Under the pieces are notes generated by a model. The model did no database searches, was not told the DNA's origin, and saw only the letters and a list, made by a program, of their open reading frames with translations. From Planctomycetota bacterium (lineage in GTDB: Bacteria > Planctomycetota > UBA8742 > UBA2392), in contig JAHBYA010000016.1 of NCBI GenBank assembly GCA_019636195.1, positions 14,972-78,971 of the forward strand: 64,000 nucleotides of DNA. The letters run 5' to 3'. Positions 19,220 through 29,321 of this stretch are shown one piece after another. The translations under genes were made by a program, and so were the position numbers. The first letter of the stretch is position 1, and every line of letters begins with the position of its first letter.

Positions 19220-19291
19220 CAGTATTGAAACGCCGGAGACTCCGTTGCGGTTCCAGTGTCCTGTTGCCCGTGCAGGCGCGCAAGGCCAAAG

Positions 19292-19891
19292 CTACTCAAA
19301 GTCAATGCGCACATCGACGCGCCCGGCCTTGAGCGCAACATCGCGCTTCGTGCCCTCAATCTGGTCAAGGCGCTGCTGCACGGGCTCAAGCTTTGCCTCA
19401 AGCGAGAACAGGGTGTTGATGTCGCCCGCGCGCTCAATCATGTCCATGATGCGCCCGCGCACTGCGCGTGTGCTTTCGATGCGCGCCTCCAGCGACCAGT
19501 ACTCGCCCGTGCGATCGAGCGCGCTGAAGTCCAGCCGTTTGATGTCCCACTTGGGCGTGTTCTCAAGGTGCTGCAACAGAGGTTCAATCTTGGTGGCGGG
19601 CATCTTGAACGTGACGCTGGTTGTGGACATCGACATCACGATCGCATCAAACTCGGCGGCCCTGCGGCGCAGGGTGGTGGCAGCCTCCTGCTCGTCTTTC
19701 GCGCGCACGACAACCACGCCCTGTCGCTGGATGCGATACTCGGCCGGGTCGGGCCGCGCCTCAACCACCGGCACAGCGTCGGTGCGATCAACGAGCCGGC
19801 TTGCAGAATCGTCACCCGGCTTGGCGGGACGGGCAGCCTGGCAGCCGGCCAGCGCCAACGCGAACAGGCATGCGCATAATGCGTTCTTCAC
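19292..19891 (-). CDS. DUF4349-like lipoprotein
   Basis: Lipobox LAGC; DRTGEYWSLEARIES...LEAKLEPVQQRLDQIEG coiled coil. Confidence 0.7.
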   Translation of the reverse strand: MKNALCACLFALALAGCQAARPAKPGDDSASRLVDRTDAVPVVEARPDPAEYRIQRQGVVVVRAKDEQEAATTLRRRAAEFDAIVMSMSTTSVTFKMPATKIEPLLQHLENTPKWDIKRLDFSALDRTGEYWSLEARIESTRAVRGRIMDMIERAGDINTLFSLEAKLEPVQQRLDQIEGTKRDVALKAGRVDVRIDFE

Positions 19892-19942
19892 TTCGCTCTC
19901 CTGTGTTTGAGTGCCCGCCGCTAAAGTCCGGGCAAGGCGCCC

Positions 19943-22420
19943 ATGGGTTCAGAGATTCCTGAAGCTGCTTTCGCACGCCCCCGCCGACCGGCGCTGCTGG
20001 CCGGCGTCGCTGCCGTGTCTGGCTGTACGACGGCGCTGCTGCCCCTGCCGCTGTGGTTTGCTGTCGCGTCGGCATGCATTACGCCTGTGCTGGCACTTCT
20101 CGCGATGGCCTTGCGCCGAAGACCCATCGCAGCGCCGGCACTGCTTGCGACGGCGCTTCTCAGTGCATTTGCCGCCTGGGGATGGTGGCGCGCCGAGCCG
20201 CGGGCGGATTCGCTTCAGGTACGCTTTCCAGCAGGTGCCGATCTGGTGCGCCTGGAAGGCGTAATTGTCGAAGGCGGTGATTACGTGCGGCGCGACCCGG
20301 CGGCATTCGAGTACCCCGACGCCCCGGAGACGCAGGGCGACTTTCCGGTCAAGGCCGATCCCCGCCGCAACGTCAGCTACCTGCTGCGCGCGGAAGGCCT
20401 GCCGGACCTAGACGAGCCCGTCAGCGGCCACGTGAAAATCTACGCGCCGCCGGGCACACGCCTTGTGCCGGGCAGCCGGGTGCGCGTGCTGGGCCGCCTG
20501 CGAACGCCGCGGCGTCAGGGCAACCCCGGCGAAGTGGACAGCCATGCGATCTACCAGCGCCGCGGGATCAGCCACACCATGACACTGAATCACCCCGCCA
20601 ACGCGGTCATCGTTGAACCGGCTGCCGCATGGTCGCCGTCTGCGCTGGCCTACGGCGTGCACGAGCAGTTTCACGAGCTTGTGGGTGCGCGCATGGCCCG
20701 CGACCGTGCGGCCGTGCTGGGCGCGACGCTGCTGGGCGAGCGCGGCAACCTGACACCGCAGCAGCGCGCGAAGTTCGTGCGCAGCGGCACGGTGCACCTG
20801 CTGGTCGTCAGCGGCCTGCACGTGGGCCTGCTGGCGGGCGCGATTGTGCTGATGCTGCGCGTGCTGGGCCTTGACCCGCGAAAGGCGTGGGCGTGCGCGG
20901 CCGTTGCGGCTGTGCTGTACCTTATGGTGACCGGCATGCAGCCCAGTGTGTTGCGCGCGACGATCATGCTGGTCGTGTACGCGCTGGGGCATGTGCTGGC
21001 GCGCCGGCCTGACGCGCTGAATGTGCTGGGCGGCAGCGCGCTGGTGTCGCTGGCGATCAACCCTGCCGACGTGGCCGAACTTGGCTTTCAGCTAAGTTAT
21101 CTCAGCGTTCTCGGCATCTTCTGCCTTGCGCCGGTGTTTCGACTGTTCAAGCCACTGACGCCGTCGCAGCGCGCGACACAGGGATTGCGCGGCCGGGCAC
21201 TGGGCTGGGCCGGCGGGTCTTTGCGCGCGTCGCTGGGCGTGGGCCTTTGCACGTGGCCGCTGCTGGTGTTTACCGTACACGTCTTCAGCCCGATCATGCT
21301 GCTTTCAAACCTGCTTGCCGCACCGTTGCTGGCGGTGATGCTGGTCCTGGGACTGTTGACACCGCTGGCTGTGATCCCCGGCGCGGGCGGTGTGCTTGCG
21401 TGGCTGCTGTCAATGTGCGCCGCGCTTCTGGATGGCATGGCGGGGCTGTTTGCGGCCATCCCCTACGGTCACCTGTTTCTTCCGGCGCCGCCGGTGTGGT
21501 GGCTGGTCGGCTATTACGTTTTTCTGGCGGGCGTGCTGCTGCTGCCGCGTGTCGGCTTGCCCCGCCTAAGCGGCATCATCTGCTGGCTGGTGTGGCTGTC
21601 CGTGCTGCCGGGCACGGCGCTGGCGGGCGGCGAGGGCCCGGGCCCGGCGCGCATGACGGCGCTGGATGTGGGCCAGGGCCAGTGCGTGGTGATCGAAGTG
21701 CCCGACGGGCCGTGTGTGGTGCTGGATTGCGGCAGCACCAGCCTTGGCGCATGCGGCGAGCGCGTGCTGGCGCCCTACCTGTGGTCGCGGCGTCGCACGC
21801 GCATTGACGCGCTGGTAATCAGCCACGCCGACGCCGACCACGTGAACGGCCTGCCGCAACTGCTTGAGCGCTTCCCGGTCGGGGTGATCTACGTAAGCGA
21901 GATCTTTGCCGATGACGAAACCGGCAAGGCGCTGCTTGAATGGCTGAAGCCGCGCGCCGAAGTACGCGTGCTCAAACGCGGCCAGGAGTTGCAGCTTGCG
22001 CCCAGGCTGACACTGCGCTGTCTGTGGCCTGACGCAGAGTTTGTCCGCGGACTGCTTGGCGAACGCGACCATCGCAATGAGGGCGCGCTGGTCCTTGAGT
22101 TGCAAGCCGGGCCGACGAAGGTGCTGCTGCCCAGCGACGTTGAAACACGCGGTTTAGCGGGCGTGCTGCCGCATGCGCGGCGCGCGGACGTGCTGTTTGC
22201 ACCGCACCAGGGCAGCGCCGTGGAACACCTGCCCGAGATACTGACAAGGCTGGGGCCCAGGCACGTCGTAATCAGCGCCCGCGAGACGTTCCCGGCTGAA
22301 AGCGCAAAGCAGGCTTACGACGCGTCAGGCGCGAAAGTATGGAAGACCTGGCAAAACGGGGCCGTTACGTTTGTGCTTGGCGCCGATGGCAGCATTGATG
22401 TGACCCCGCATATTCCCTGA
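19943..22420 (+). CDS. comEC: ComEC/Rec2 competence protein with C-terminal metallo-beta-lactamase domain
   Basis: NPGE, GTVHLLVVSGLHVG, SVLRA, GFQLSY, LDVGQG, ISHADADHVNG. Confidence 0.92.
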   Translation: MGSEIPEAAFARPRRPALLAGVAAVSGCTTALLPLPLWFAVASACITPVLALLAMALRRRPIAAPALLATALLSAFAAWGWWRAEPRADSLQVRFPAGADLVRLEGVIVEGGDYVRRDPAAFEYPDAPETQGDFPVKADPRRNVSYLLRAEGLPDLDEPVSGHVKIYAPPGTRLVPGSRVRVLGRLRTPRRQGNPGEVDSHAIYQRRGISHTMTLNHPANAVIVEPAAAWSPSALAYGVHEQFHELVGARMARDRAAVLGATLLGERGNLTPQQRAKFVRSGTVHLLVVSGLHVGLLAGAIVLMLRVLGLDPRKAWACAAVAAVLYLMVTGMQPSVLRATIMLVVYALGHVLARRPDALNVLGGSALVSLAINPADVAELGFQLSYLSVLGIFCLAPVFRLFKPLTPSQRATQGLRGRALGWAGGSLRASLGVGLCTWPLLVFTVHVFSPIMLLSNLLAAPLLAVMLVLGLLTPLAVIPGAGGVLAWLLSMCAALLDGMAGLFAAIPYGHLFLPAPPVWWLVGYYVFLAGVLLLPRVGLPRLSGIICWLVWLSVLPGTALAGGEGPGPARMTALDVGQGQCVVIEVPDGPCVVLDCGSTSLGACGERVLAPYLWSRRRTRIDALVISHADADHVNGLPQLLERFPVGVIYVSEIFADDETGKALLEWLKPRAEVRVLKRGQELQLAPRLTLRCLWPDAEFVRGLLGERDHRNEGALVLELQAGPTKVLLPSDVETRGLAGVLPHARRADVLFAPHQGSAVEHLPEILTRLGPRHVVISARETFPAESAKQAYDASGAKVWKTWQNGAVTFVLGADGSIDVTPHIP

Positions 22421-22460
22421 CCGTTGTCGCGCCATGCGGTATAATCCAGCCGGAGGCCCC

Positions 22461-22964
22461 ATGCGCGCCGACATCCTGCTGTGCCCCTGCTGCGCCAGCC
22501 ACTTGCGCCCTCCCGCGGGCTTGCAGCTTATGCGTTGCAACCAGTGCGACGCCGAACTTGCCAGCGTGCAGGGTGGCGGCGTGCGCGGCTTGGCGTTGCT
22601 GCCGGCTGTCGGCGACGTGCCCTACTCAACGCCGCAACAGCGCGCGCGCATTTCCCGTGAGCCTGTGGATACATCGGCGCTAGTCGCTGATCGGCGCAGC
22701 CTGATGTTGCAGACCGCCACGCGCCGATTGATCCGCTGGACCACGTTGTTTCGCGTAACCGCGGGGCTCGCGGCAGCGGTGACCACTGTGGGCGCGACCG
22801 GCATGTACGCACTGGTCAACCGGCCGGATACAAACCTGGAAAACGCTACACTGGCTGTACTGGGCGCGATAGTCGTGTTGCCGTTGCTGGGCTACACGGC
22901 AATGTTTCTCCAAAGCCGCGCCGCATTGGCGCGCGCGGACGCCGCAAAGTGGGCAAACGGGTAG
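22461..22964 (+). CDS. Zinc-ribbon membrane protein
   Basis: CPCC...CNQC plus two TM helices; GGAGG RBS; TATAAT upstream. Confidence 0.65.
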   Translation: MRADILLCPCCASHLRPPAGLQLMRCNQCDAELASVQGGGVRGLALLPAVGDVPYSTPQQRARISREPVDTSALVADRRSLMLQTATRRLIRWTTLFRVTAGLAAAVTTVGATGMYALVNRPDTNLENATLAVLGAIVVLPLLGYTAMFLQSRAALARADAAKWANG

Positions 22965-22969
22965 CTTGC

Positions 22970-24784
22970 TCAGTCAACGGGCAAAGCCGCGTTGCGCCAG
23001 TCAGGCAGGCTGGCGCCTTCGGTGCCCTTGGCCATCTCATTGAGGACTTCCGGTACGCTGCTCTGCAACCGGGACCGCAACTCCGGCGACAGTTGGTCCA
23101 GCACTGCAAGACGGAGCAGGGGTGTGATTCCGCCCGGACCCTGTCCGAACCAGCACGTCGGCACGCCGCCGGCGCGCATCTGCTCCAGCCAATTGCGAGC
23201 GTCAGCCACATAGCTTGCGCAGCGTTGCGGATGCTCGGCATGGGCGCACAATTCCGACAATGCGTCCAGCGCGCTGGCGGCCTGTGCCAGCAACTCCGGT
23301 GCAACGCTTCCCGCGTGAAGTCGCTCGTGCATGGCCAGCCCGGACAGCGCGGCTGCGCGAGGAATCAGCCCGAGCTCAACGAGCAGCCGGGGGTGCCGCG
23401 GGGGCTGAAGTTCGCACACGTTGGCATCAAGCAGCGGCAAGGCTTCCGCCATGCGCAGCGTTACGGAGAGTGCCAGCGCACGATATGTTCGAGACGCGCA
23501 ACGCATAAGTTCATCGCCCGTTCCGGCAACCATCTGTTCGGCACGCTCACCGGCGGCAATGCAGCCCTCCGTGCGGCCCAGGGAAAAAAGCACGTACGCG
23601 AGCACGCTGTACAGGGCGGCTTCCGCCGCTACGTCACCGCAGGCACGAGACGCCTTGAACGCCTTGCAGATGTACCCCAAGGCGTCGTCATGCAAACCTC
23701 GCGCCGTGCAGTTGTTTGCCAGGTTTCGCAGCGTGATGGCTTCCGCGCGCTGGTTGCCCGACTCGCGGTGGACCGCCAGGGATCGCGCATAGTAATCAGC
23801 GGCTCGATCCAGATTGCGCCGCCACTCCCAGATTGTGGCGAGGTTCGTCAGGGCAACACCTTCTTCCCGGTGGTTTCCGATTCTGCGCGCGACTTGCGCA
23901 CTTGTTTCCAGCTCGCCCTCGGCCTGGTCGAGTCGCCCTGTGTTCACCTGGCACGCCCCCAGTCCTCCGCGGGCGTAGCACTCAGTGCGCAGGTTTCCGG
24001 CCACCACTGCGAGCCTTACTGCTCTCTCGAATAGAGGCAGAGCCTCTGCCCATTTTCCACGCGCCACCAGCACGCGTGCACGGTTGTTGAACGCTTGCGC
24101 TTCGGTCCCAGGTTCGCCCGCAGCCCGCGCCAGTTCAATCGCGCGATCACCGGCTGCAACGGCAGCCGGCTCATTCCCCAGGTCGCTATGGATCGAACAC
24201 AGCAAGGACAGCAACTGGCTCTCTCGTGAGCCGTTGCGATCACGCAAAGCCTCCAGTGCGCGCTCGCAGACAACCGCGGCATCCCGAACGCGTCCAAGTT
24301 GCAACAGCGAAGATGCTTTGGACTCAAGGACATCTGCGCCCGATGCAGCCGGGAACTCGTGTTCGTGACGTTCAATCCATGCCAGTGCATCGGCCGGGCG
24401 GCCCAGACTCAACAGCGCCGCAGCACAACGGGCGTAGGCGCGACCGGCAAGCGCCGCGTCTGCGCCGGGATGCTCAGCCACGCGTCGGCAATGTGAAACT
24501 GCCCCCTGCAGGTCGTACTCGGAAATGCCGTGCTCTGCTGCCGCCAAGGCATAGCGCAACTCCTTGCCGACAAGTTCAGTGAGGCGCACAGGGTCTGTGT
24601 CGTGCTGGGCTGCCCGTGCATGCCGTGCCAAGTCAATGGCAACCGCGCCATCCCACACTCCCTCGCTCTCGAGGATGTTCAGAACCTCTCCGTGCAATCG
24701 GGCACGCGTGCCGGGCAACTGAAGCTGGTAGGCGGCGTCACGTGCGACTGCATGGGCGAACATGTAAACGGCTTGACTGTGCAA
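22970..24784 (-). CDS. TPR repeat protein, paralog of 14611..15738
   Basis: YMFAHAVARDAAYQLQLP N-terminus; TPR repeats (GNHREEGVALTNLA, GNQRAEAITLRNLA). Confidence 0.8.
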   Translation of the reverse strand: MHSQAVYMFAHAVARDAAYQLQLPGTRARLHGEVLNILESEGVWDGAVAIDLARHARAAQHDTDPVRLTELVGKELRYALAAAEHGISEYDLQGAVSHCRRVAEHPGADAALAGRAYARCAAALLSLGRPADALAWIERHEHEFPAASGADVLESKASSLLQLGRVRDAAVVCERALEALRDRNGSRESQLLSLLCSIHSDLGNEPAAVAAGDRAIELARAAGEPGTEAQAFNNRARVLVARGKWAEALPLFERAVRLAVVAGNLRTECYARGGLGACQVNTGRLDQAEGELETSAQVARRIGNHREEGVALTNLATIWEWRRNLDRAADYYARSLAVHRESGNQRAEAITLRNLANNCTARGLHDDALGYICKAFKASRACGDVAAEAALYSVLAYVLFSLGRTEGCIAAGERAEQMVAGTGDELMRCASRTYRALALSVTLRMAEALPLLDANVCELQPPRHPRLLVELGLIPRAAALSGLAMHERLHAGSVAPELLAQAASALDALSELCAHAEHPQRCASYVADARNWLEQMRAGGVPTCWFGQGPGGITPLLRLAVLDQLSPELRSRLQSSVPEVLNEMAKGTEGASLPDWRNAALPVD

Positions 24785-24810
24785 GATGCCGCCTCGCCTG
24801 TTCAGGTTTG

Positions 24811-25800
24811 CTACGCGGCGACTTCCATGTACTTGCCCATGCCGCGCAGCTTCTGGTAGCGCTGCTCCAGCAGGTCTTCGATGCTCAGCGCCTTCAGGTC
24901 GTTAAGATGCTTCAGCAGGTACTGCCGCACGAAGTCATAGGCTTTGCGCGGGTCGCGGTGCGCGCCGCCGAAGGGCTCAGGCACGATCTCGTCCATGATG
25001 CCCAGTTCAATCAGGTCGTTGGGCGTCAGCCGCAGCACGCGCGCGGCGTCGCTGGCCTTTTTTGCATCATGCCACAAGATCGCCGCGCAGCCTTCGGGGC
25101 TGATGACGGAGTAGTACGCGTTTTCCATGATCAGGTAGCGGTCGCCCACGCCAATGCCCAGCGCGCCGCCGCTGCCGCCTTCGCCGATGGTCAGCGTTAT
25201 CACCGGCACGCGCAGGCCGCTCATTTCGCGGATGTTTTCGGCGATGGCTTGTGATTGCCCGCGCTCTTCGGCTTCGATGCCGGGGTACGCGCCGGGCGTA
25301 TTGATGAAGCTGATGATCGGCAGGTTCAGCTTCTCGGCCAGCTTCATCTTGCGCAGGGCTTTGCGATAGCCTTCCGGGTGCGCGCACCCGAAGTTGCACT
25401 CAAGGCGCTCTTTGAGCGTGCGGCCCTTGCGATGGCCCATGACCATGACCTTGGTGCCCTCAAAGGTGCCGAAGCCGCAAACGATGGCCGGGTCGTCCTT
25501 GTACGCGCGGTCGCCCTTGAGTTCCTGAAAGTCGTCAAACAGGGTCTGGATGTAGTCGGTGACCAGGGGCCGGTTGGGGTGGCGCGAAAGCTGCACGCGA
25601 TCCCACGGGTCGAGGTCGTTGAAGACGCTGGTCATCAGCTTCTTGAGATCTTTTTCAAGGTCGCCGATGTCGGCTTCAAGGCTGGCCTTGCGCTCGCCGT
25701 CGGCGTTGGCGAGGTCCATGCGCAGGCCCTCGATCTTCATTTCAAGCTCAACGATAGGGCGCTCAAACTCGGGTACATTCAGGCGGTCAACACCGGACAT
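24811..25800 (-). CDS. accA: Acetyl-CoA carboxylase carboxyltransferase alpha subunit
   Basis: SRHPNRP, HPEGYRKALR, TPGAYPGIEAEERGQ, GEGGSGGAL, YSVISPEGCAAIL. Confidence 0.97.
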   Translation of the reverse strand: MSGVDRLNVPEFERPIVELEMKIEGLRMDLANADGERKASLEADIGDLEKDLKKLMTSVFNDLDPWDRVQLSRHPNRPLVTDYIQTLFDDFQELKGDRAYKDDPAIVCGFGTFEGTKVMVMGHRKGRTLKERLECNFGCAHPEGYRKALRKMKLAEKLNLPIISFINTPGAYPGIEAEERGQSQAIAENIREMSGLRVPVITLTIGEGGSGGALGIGVGDRYLIMENAYYSVISPEGCAAILWHDAKKASDAARVLRLTPNDLIELGIMDEIVPEPFGGAHRDPRKAYDFVRQYLLKHLNDLKALSIEDLLEQRYQKLRGMGKYMEVAA

Positions 25801-25861
25801 ACGCAGCCTCCTGTCGCCTTGAGACTAACTTGCGAGCGTTGCTCTGCAATCGCCCCATCGC

Positions 25862-26632
25862 CTACGCGATGGGCTCCGGTTTGTGGCCCACATGAATCGC
25901 CATGGTGCCGAGGTTCAGTTTGCGGTAGTGCACGTTGCTGAACCCCGCGCCTTCCAGGCGGGCCTTCAGTGCATCCGCATCCGGAAACAGGGCGATGCTG
26001 TCGGCCAGATAGCTGTACGCGCGATCCTTGCTGCGGGTCAGCCGGTTGCCGACCCACGGGACTACTCGATTGATGTACCAGCCCGCCAGCCGCCCGATCA
26101 CGCCCCGCGCGGGTGTACACTCAAGTATCACCGCCCGGCCGCCGGGCTTGAGCACGCGGGCCATTTCGCGCAGGCCGGCATCAAGCTGCTGAAAGTTGCG
26201 CACGCCAAAGCCGACGCTGACCACGTCAAAGCTGCCGTCGGCAAAGGGCAGTTTCAGGGCATCGGCCACGCACAGCGGCATGGCAATACCAGCCCGTCCG
26301 GCCTTGTCTGCGGCCAGCCGAACCATTTGCGGCGTGAAGTCGCTGGCGATTACGGCCGCCGGTGACGGCTTGGCGAACGCGAACATCAGCGCGAGGTCGC
26401 CCGTGCCGCAGCAGATATCGAGCACGCTTTCGCCGCCGCGAAGGCCGGCCGTTTTCACGGCGCGCCGCCGCCACGCCTGGTCGCGGCCGCCGGAAATGAT
26501 GCGGTTGAGAAGGTCGTAGCGCCCGGCAATGCCCGCGAACATCGCCCGCACAGCCGGGCCGCGCGACTGGTCGCGCGGGTCAACGGCCGAGTCGCCGCGC
26601 AGTTTCGGCTCAGGCTCTGTGGCGGTAGCCAT
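25862..26632 (-). CDS. ubiE: Demethylmenaquinone methyltransferase (UbiE/MenG)
   Basis: MFAGIAGRYDLLN, LDICCGTGD, GFGVRN, AYSYLADSI. Confidence 0.9.
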   Translation of the reverse strand: MATATEPEPKLRGDSAVDPRDQSRGPAVRAMFAGIAGRYDLLNRIISGGRDQAWRRRAVKTAGLRGGESVLDICCGTGDLALMFAFAKPSPAAVIASDFTPQMVRLAADKAGRAGIAMPLCVADALKLPFADGSFDVVSVGFGVRNFQQLDAGLREMARVLKPGGRAVILECTPARGVIGRLAGWYINRVVPWVGNRLTRSKDRAYSYLADSIALFPDADALKARLEGAGFSNVHYRKLNLGTMAIHVGHKPEPIA

Positions 26633-26664
26633 ACACGTGATGTTGCCGGATTATGCACCAAAGC

Positions 26665-26691
26665 AAAAGCCCCGGCGCGGAGCCGGGGCTT
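26665..26691 (-). terminator. Intrinsic terminator after rpsI
   Basis: GCCCCGGC/GCCGGGGC stem with TTTT on the minus strand. Confidence 0.75.
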
Positions 26692-26706
26692 CTGGGTTGA
26701 CTGGCG

Positions 26707-27099
26707 TTAGCGCTTGCTGAACTGGGTGCCGCGCCGTGCGCCGCGCAGGCCGTACTTCTTGCGCTCTTTCATGCGGCTGTCGCGGGTCAGCAGGTCGTGC
26801 TCTTTGAGCTTGGGCTCAAGCTCCTTGTTCACCTTGATCAGCGCGCGGCTGATGCCGAGGCGCACAGCCTCAGCTTGTGCGCCGACGCCGCCGCCGTGCA
26901 CGTTGGCGAACACGTCAAACTTGTCGTTCAGGTCCGTGACCTTGAACGGCTTGCGAACGTTGTTGCGCTGCTGCGCACTGACAAAAAACTCGTCGGCGTT
27001 GCGCTTGTTGATCAGGATCTTGCCGCTGCCCTGCCGGATGCGCACGCGCGCGACGGCGGTCTTGCGGCGGCCAAGGCCCCATGTGTGCTGTTCAGCCAT
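26707..27099 (-). CDS. rpsI: 30S ribosomal protein S9
   Basis: GRRKTAVARV, LTRDSRMKERKKYG, QFSKR. Confidence 0.98.
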   Translation of the reverse strand: MAEQHTWGLGRRKTAVARVRIRQGSGKILINKRNADEFFVSAQQRNNVRKPFKVTDLNDKFDVFANVHGGGVGAQAEAVRLGISRALIKVNKELEPKLKEHDLLTRDSRMKERKKYGLRGARRGTQFSKR

Positions 27100-27102
27100 T
27101 GT

Positions 27103-27573
27103 TTACTCCTGCGCCGCCTTGCGGCCGTAGGTTACTTTGTAGGGCTGGGGCTTCTGGGCTGTGTGCGGGTGCTCGGCGCCTTCGTAGATCTTGAGCTTGC
27201 CCAGCATTTTGCGACCCAGCTTGTTCTTGGGCAGCATGCGACGGACGGCAAGGCGCAGCACCTTCGCGGGGTTGTGTTCAATGACCTCGTCGAAAGTGCG
27301 AAGTTTGCGGCCGCTGGGATAGCCCGAGAAGTCCTGGTAGGTCTTCTGTTTGTTCTTCTTGCCGGTCACAACAAGCTGGCCGACGTTGGTCACAACGACG
27401 AAGTCGCCTGTGTCCACGTGCGCGGTATAGCCGGGCTTGTGCTTGCCCATCAGCATCATCGCGATCTTGTTGGCCATACGGCCGAGGATCTGGCCACTGG
27501 CGTCGATGTGGTGCCACTCGGGCTTGACTTCGCCGGTCTTGGCGACCCATGTCTTCTGTGAGATTGCAACCAT
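27103..27573 (-). CDS. rplM: 50S ribosomal protein L13
   Basis: WHHIDA, LGR, GKHKP, DTGDFVVV, MLPKNKLGR. Confidence 0.98.
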   Translation of the reverse strand: MVAISQKTWVAKTGEVKPEWHHIDASGQILGRMANKIAMMLMGKHKPGYTAHVDTGDFVVVTNVGQLVVTGKKNKQKTYQDFSGYPSGRKLRTFDEVIEHNPAKVLRLAVRRMLPKNKLGRKMLGKLKIYEGAEHPHTAQKPQPYKVTYGRKAAQE

Positions 27574-27739
27574 TGCTGCCTGCCTTGCTGGAATGCCCTA
27601 AACACAATGCCCCCGCGCCCGGCGGAGGGGCGAGGAAGATAGCAGCAAGGGGTACCCTGTCAATAAGGTGGGAGGTATTGTAGCCGTCCAGTTTCGTTGA
27701 TTAGCTGTAAGAACCCTCTTGGCATTGCCAAGGTCGCAC

Positions 27740-28411
27740 ATGAAGTTTGATGCACGAGTCCTGGGCGTTCCGAACCACCTCGCGAACGCCAAGAAGTATC
27801 TCTCCAAGGCCGACTTTGCCCTTGAGCAGGCCAAGCTCAAGGCAGCTGAGGCGCGCCTGCTGGAAAAGCTGCCTGACCAGAAGCGGCAGATCGGTGACAT
27901 GTTCAAGCGCAAGCTTGACTGCATCACGCACTTCCGTTGCGAGCGCTTCAACTTTCTTGAGCCGTTGCAGCAGTTTGCCACCTTTATTGACGGCACTACC
28001 CCCGAAGAAGTCATCCAGGAAAACGCGTGGACCGGCGCGCTGCACATTGTGCTGATGGGCCAGAACGACTGCCTGGTCGTACCCTTTGACTTCGCCGTGC
28101 CCCTTGAGGCGCGCGTCGAGGGCCGCACTCACCCGTACGTCATATGCTCAAGCCAGCGCATGAAAAAAGAACTCGACGGCCTGGACGAATACGTCGCCGT
28201 TGAGCACACCATGGGCATCCGCCAGTTCGACGCGTTCGTTGACCTCAAGCGCGGCGACATGGAGAAGTTTGAAAAGGCCGAAGGCGTCGGCCGCCGCTTC
28301 TGGGCCAAGTGGGGCGTGATGGCGCTGCGCGGCATGATTGAGCGCAGCGTGCGCGCCGGCGTGCCCGTGTTTGTCGATCCGCAGTTTGGCGAAGTGCCCG
28401 CCACCGTCTAG
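27740..28411 (+). CDS. Hypothetical protein
   Basis: Long ORF with typical codon usage; no recognised motif. Confidence 0.7.
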   Translation: MKFDARVLGVPNHLANAKKYLSKADFALEQAKLKAAEARLLEKLPDQKRQIGDMFKRKLDCITHFRCERFNFLEPLQQFATFIDGTTPEEVIQENAWTGALHIVLMGQNDCLVVPFDFAVPLEARVEGRTHPYVICSSQRMKKELDGLDEYVAVEHTMGIRQFDAFVDLKRGDMEKFEKAEGVGRRFWAKWGVMALRGMIERSVRAGVPVFVDPQFGEVPATV

Positions 28412-28419
28412 GAGACAGC

Positions 28420-29139
28420 ATGAAGTACGCAATCCTTGGCCTGCTGTTTCTTGCCGGCTGTACAGCCACGTCTTCAGGAAGCAGCAGCAGCAAGCCCAGC
28501 GCAAGCAAGCCATCTGTTCGCGGTCCCAGCGCAGGGGCTTCGGCCGGTACCAGCGGCGCGTCTGCGTCTGCCAACAAACCTTCCGCGAGCAAGCCCTCGG
28601 TGCGCAAGCCGAACTATCCTGTGTACAAGCCGCCGGTGATTCGCAGCGACATCGGCAACACCAAGGTGACCATCGACCCCAAGTGCGACGACGTGTGGGT
28701 GCAGAACACGCTGGGGCCGTTCTTCGTCGAAAGCAGCAGTGGCGGCGTGAAGCTGAAAAGCGGGACCAGGCGTGAAGACTTTTCCGGCGCCGTGATCGAC
28801 GCCGGCCTGAGCGCAAAGATCGACAACGACGGCGTGCACGTCGCGCAGCCCAACGCCAAGGTGCACAACGACCACATCGGGGCGGGCCTGCGCAACGGCC
28901 ATTTTGACGTGATCTGGAAGGGCGCCACATTCGAGCGCGGGCTGTCCGACCTGAACGACATTGCCGGCGTCCGCCTTGACGCCAGCGCCGACGAGTCAGG
29001 CTTCAAGGCTTCCGCCGTACCGAAGATCCACCTGAAACTGGTGGACGTGAGCGCTGACTACGCCGTGCACCGCTTTGCGGCCCACGCCGGCTTGACCGTG
29101 TACGTGGAAGCGAGCAACAAGTTCGTGCTGGCGCCGTAA
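28420..29139 (+). CDS. Hypothetical lipoprotein with Ser/Lys/Pro-rich linker
   Basis: Lipobox LAGC, repeated KPSASKPSVR, GGAG RBS. Confidence 0.75.
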   Translation: MKYAILGLLFLAGCTATSSGSSSSKPSASKPSVRGPSAGASAGTSGASASANKPSASKPSVRKPNYPVYKPPVIRSDIGNTKVTIDPKCDDVWVQNTLGPFFVESSSGGVKLKSGTRREDFSGAVIDAGLSAKIDNDGVHVAQPNAKVHNDHIGAGLRNGHFDVIWKGATFERGLSDLNDIAGVRLDASADESGFKASAVPKIHLKLVDVSADYAVHRFAAHAGLTVYVEASNKFVLAP

Positions 29140-29321
29140 ACAGCGTCCACTCAATCGTTCATTTTCCGTACGCTTGTACCCGTGTTGGCCCGGCAACTTC
29201 GTTGCCGGGATGAATCCACAACTGCAATATCAATAAATAGTTACGCCGACGTGCTTGCCGCAGACCCCAGTCTGGCACGCATTCGGCACATGTCGGTTCA
29301 CCCAGAACCCCGGAGTGAACC

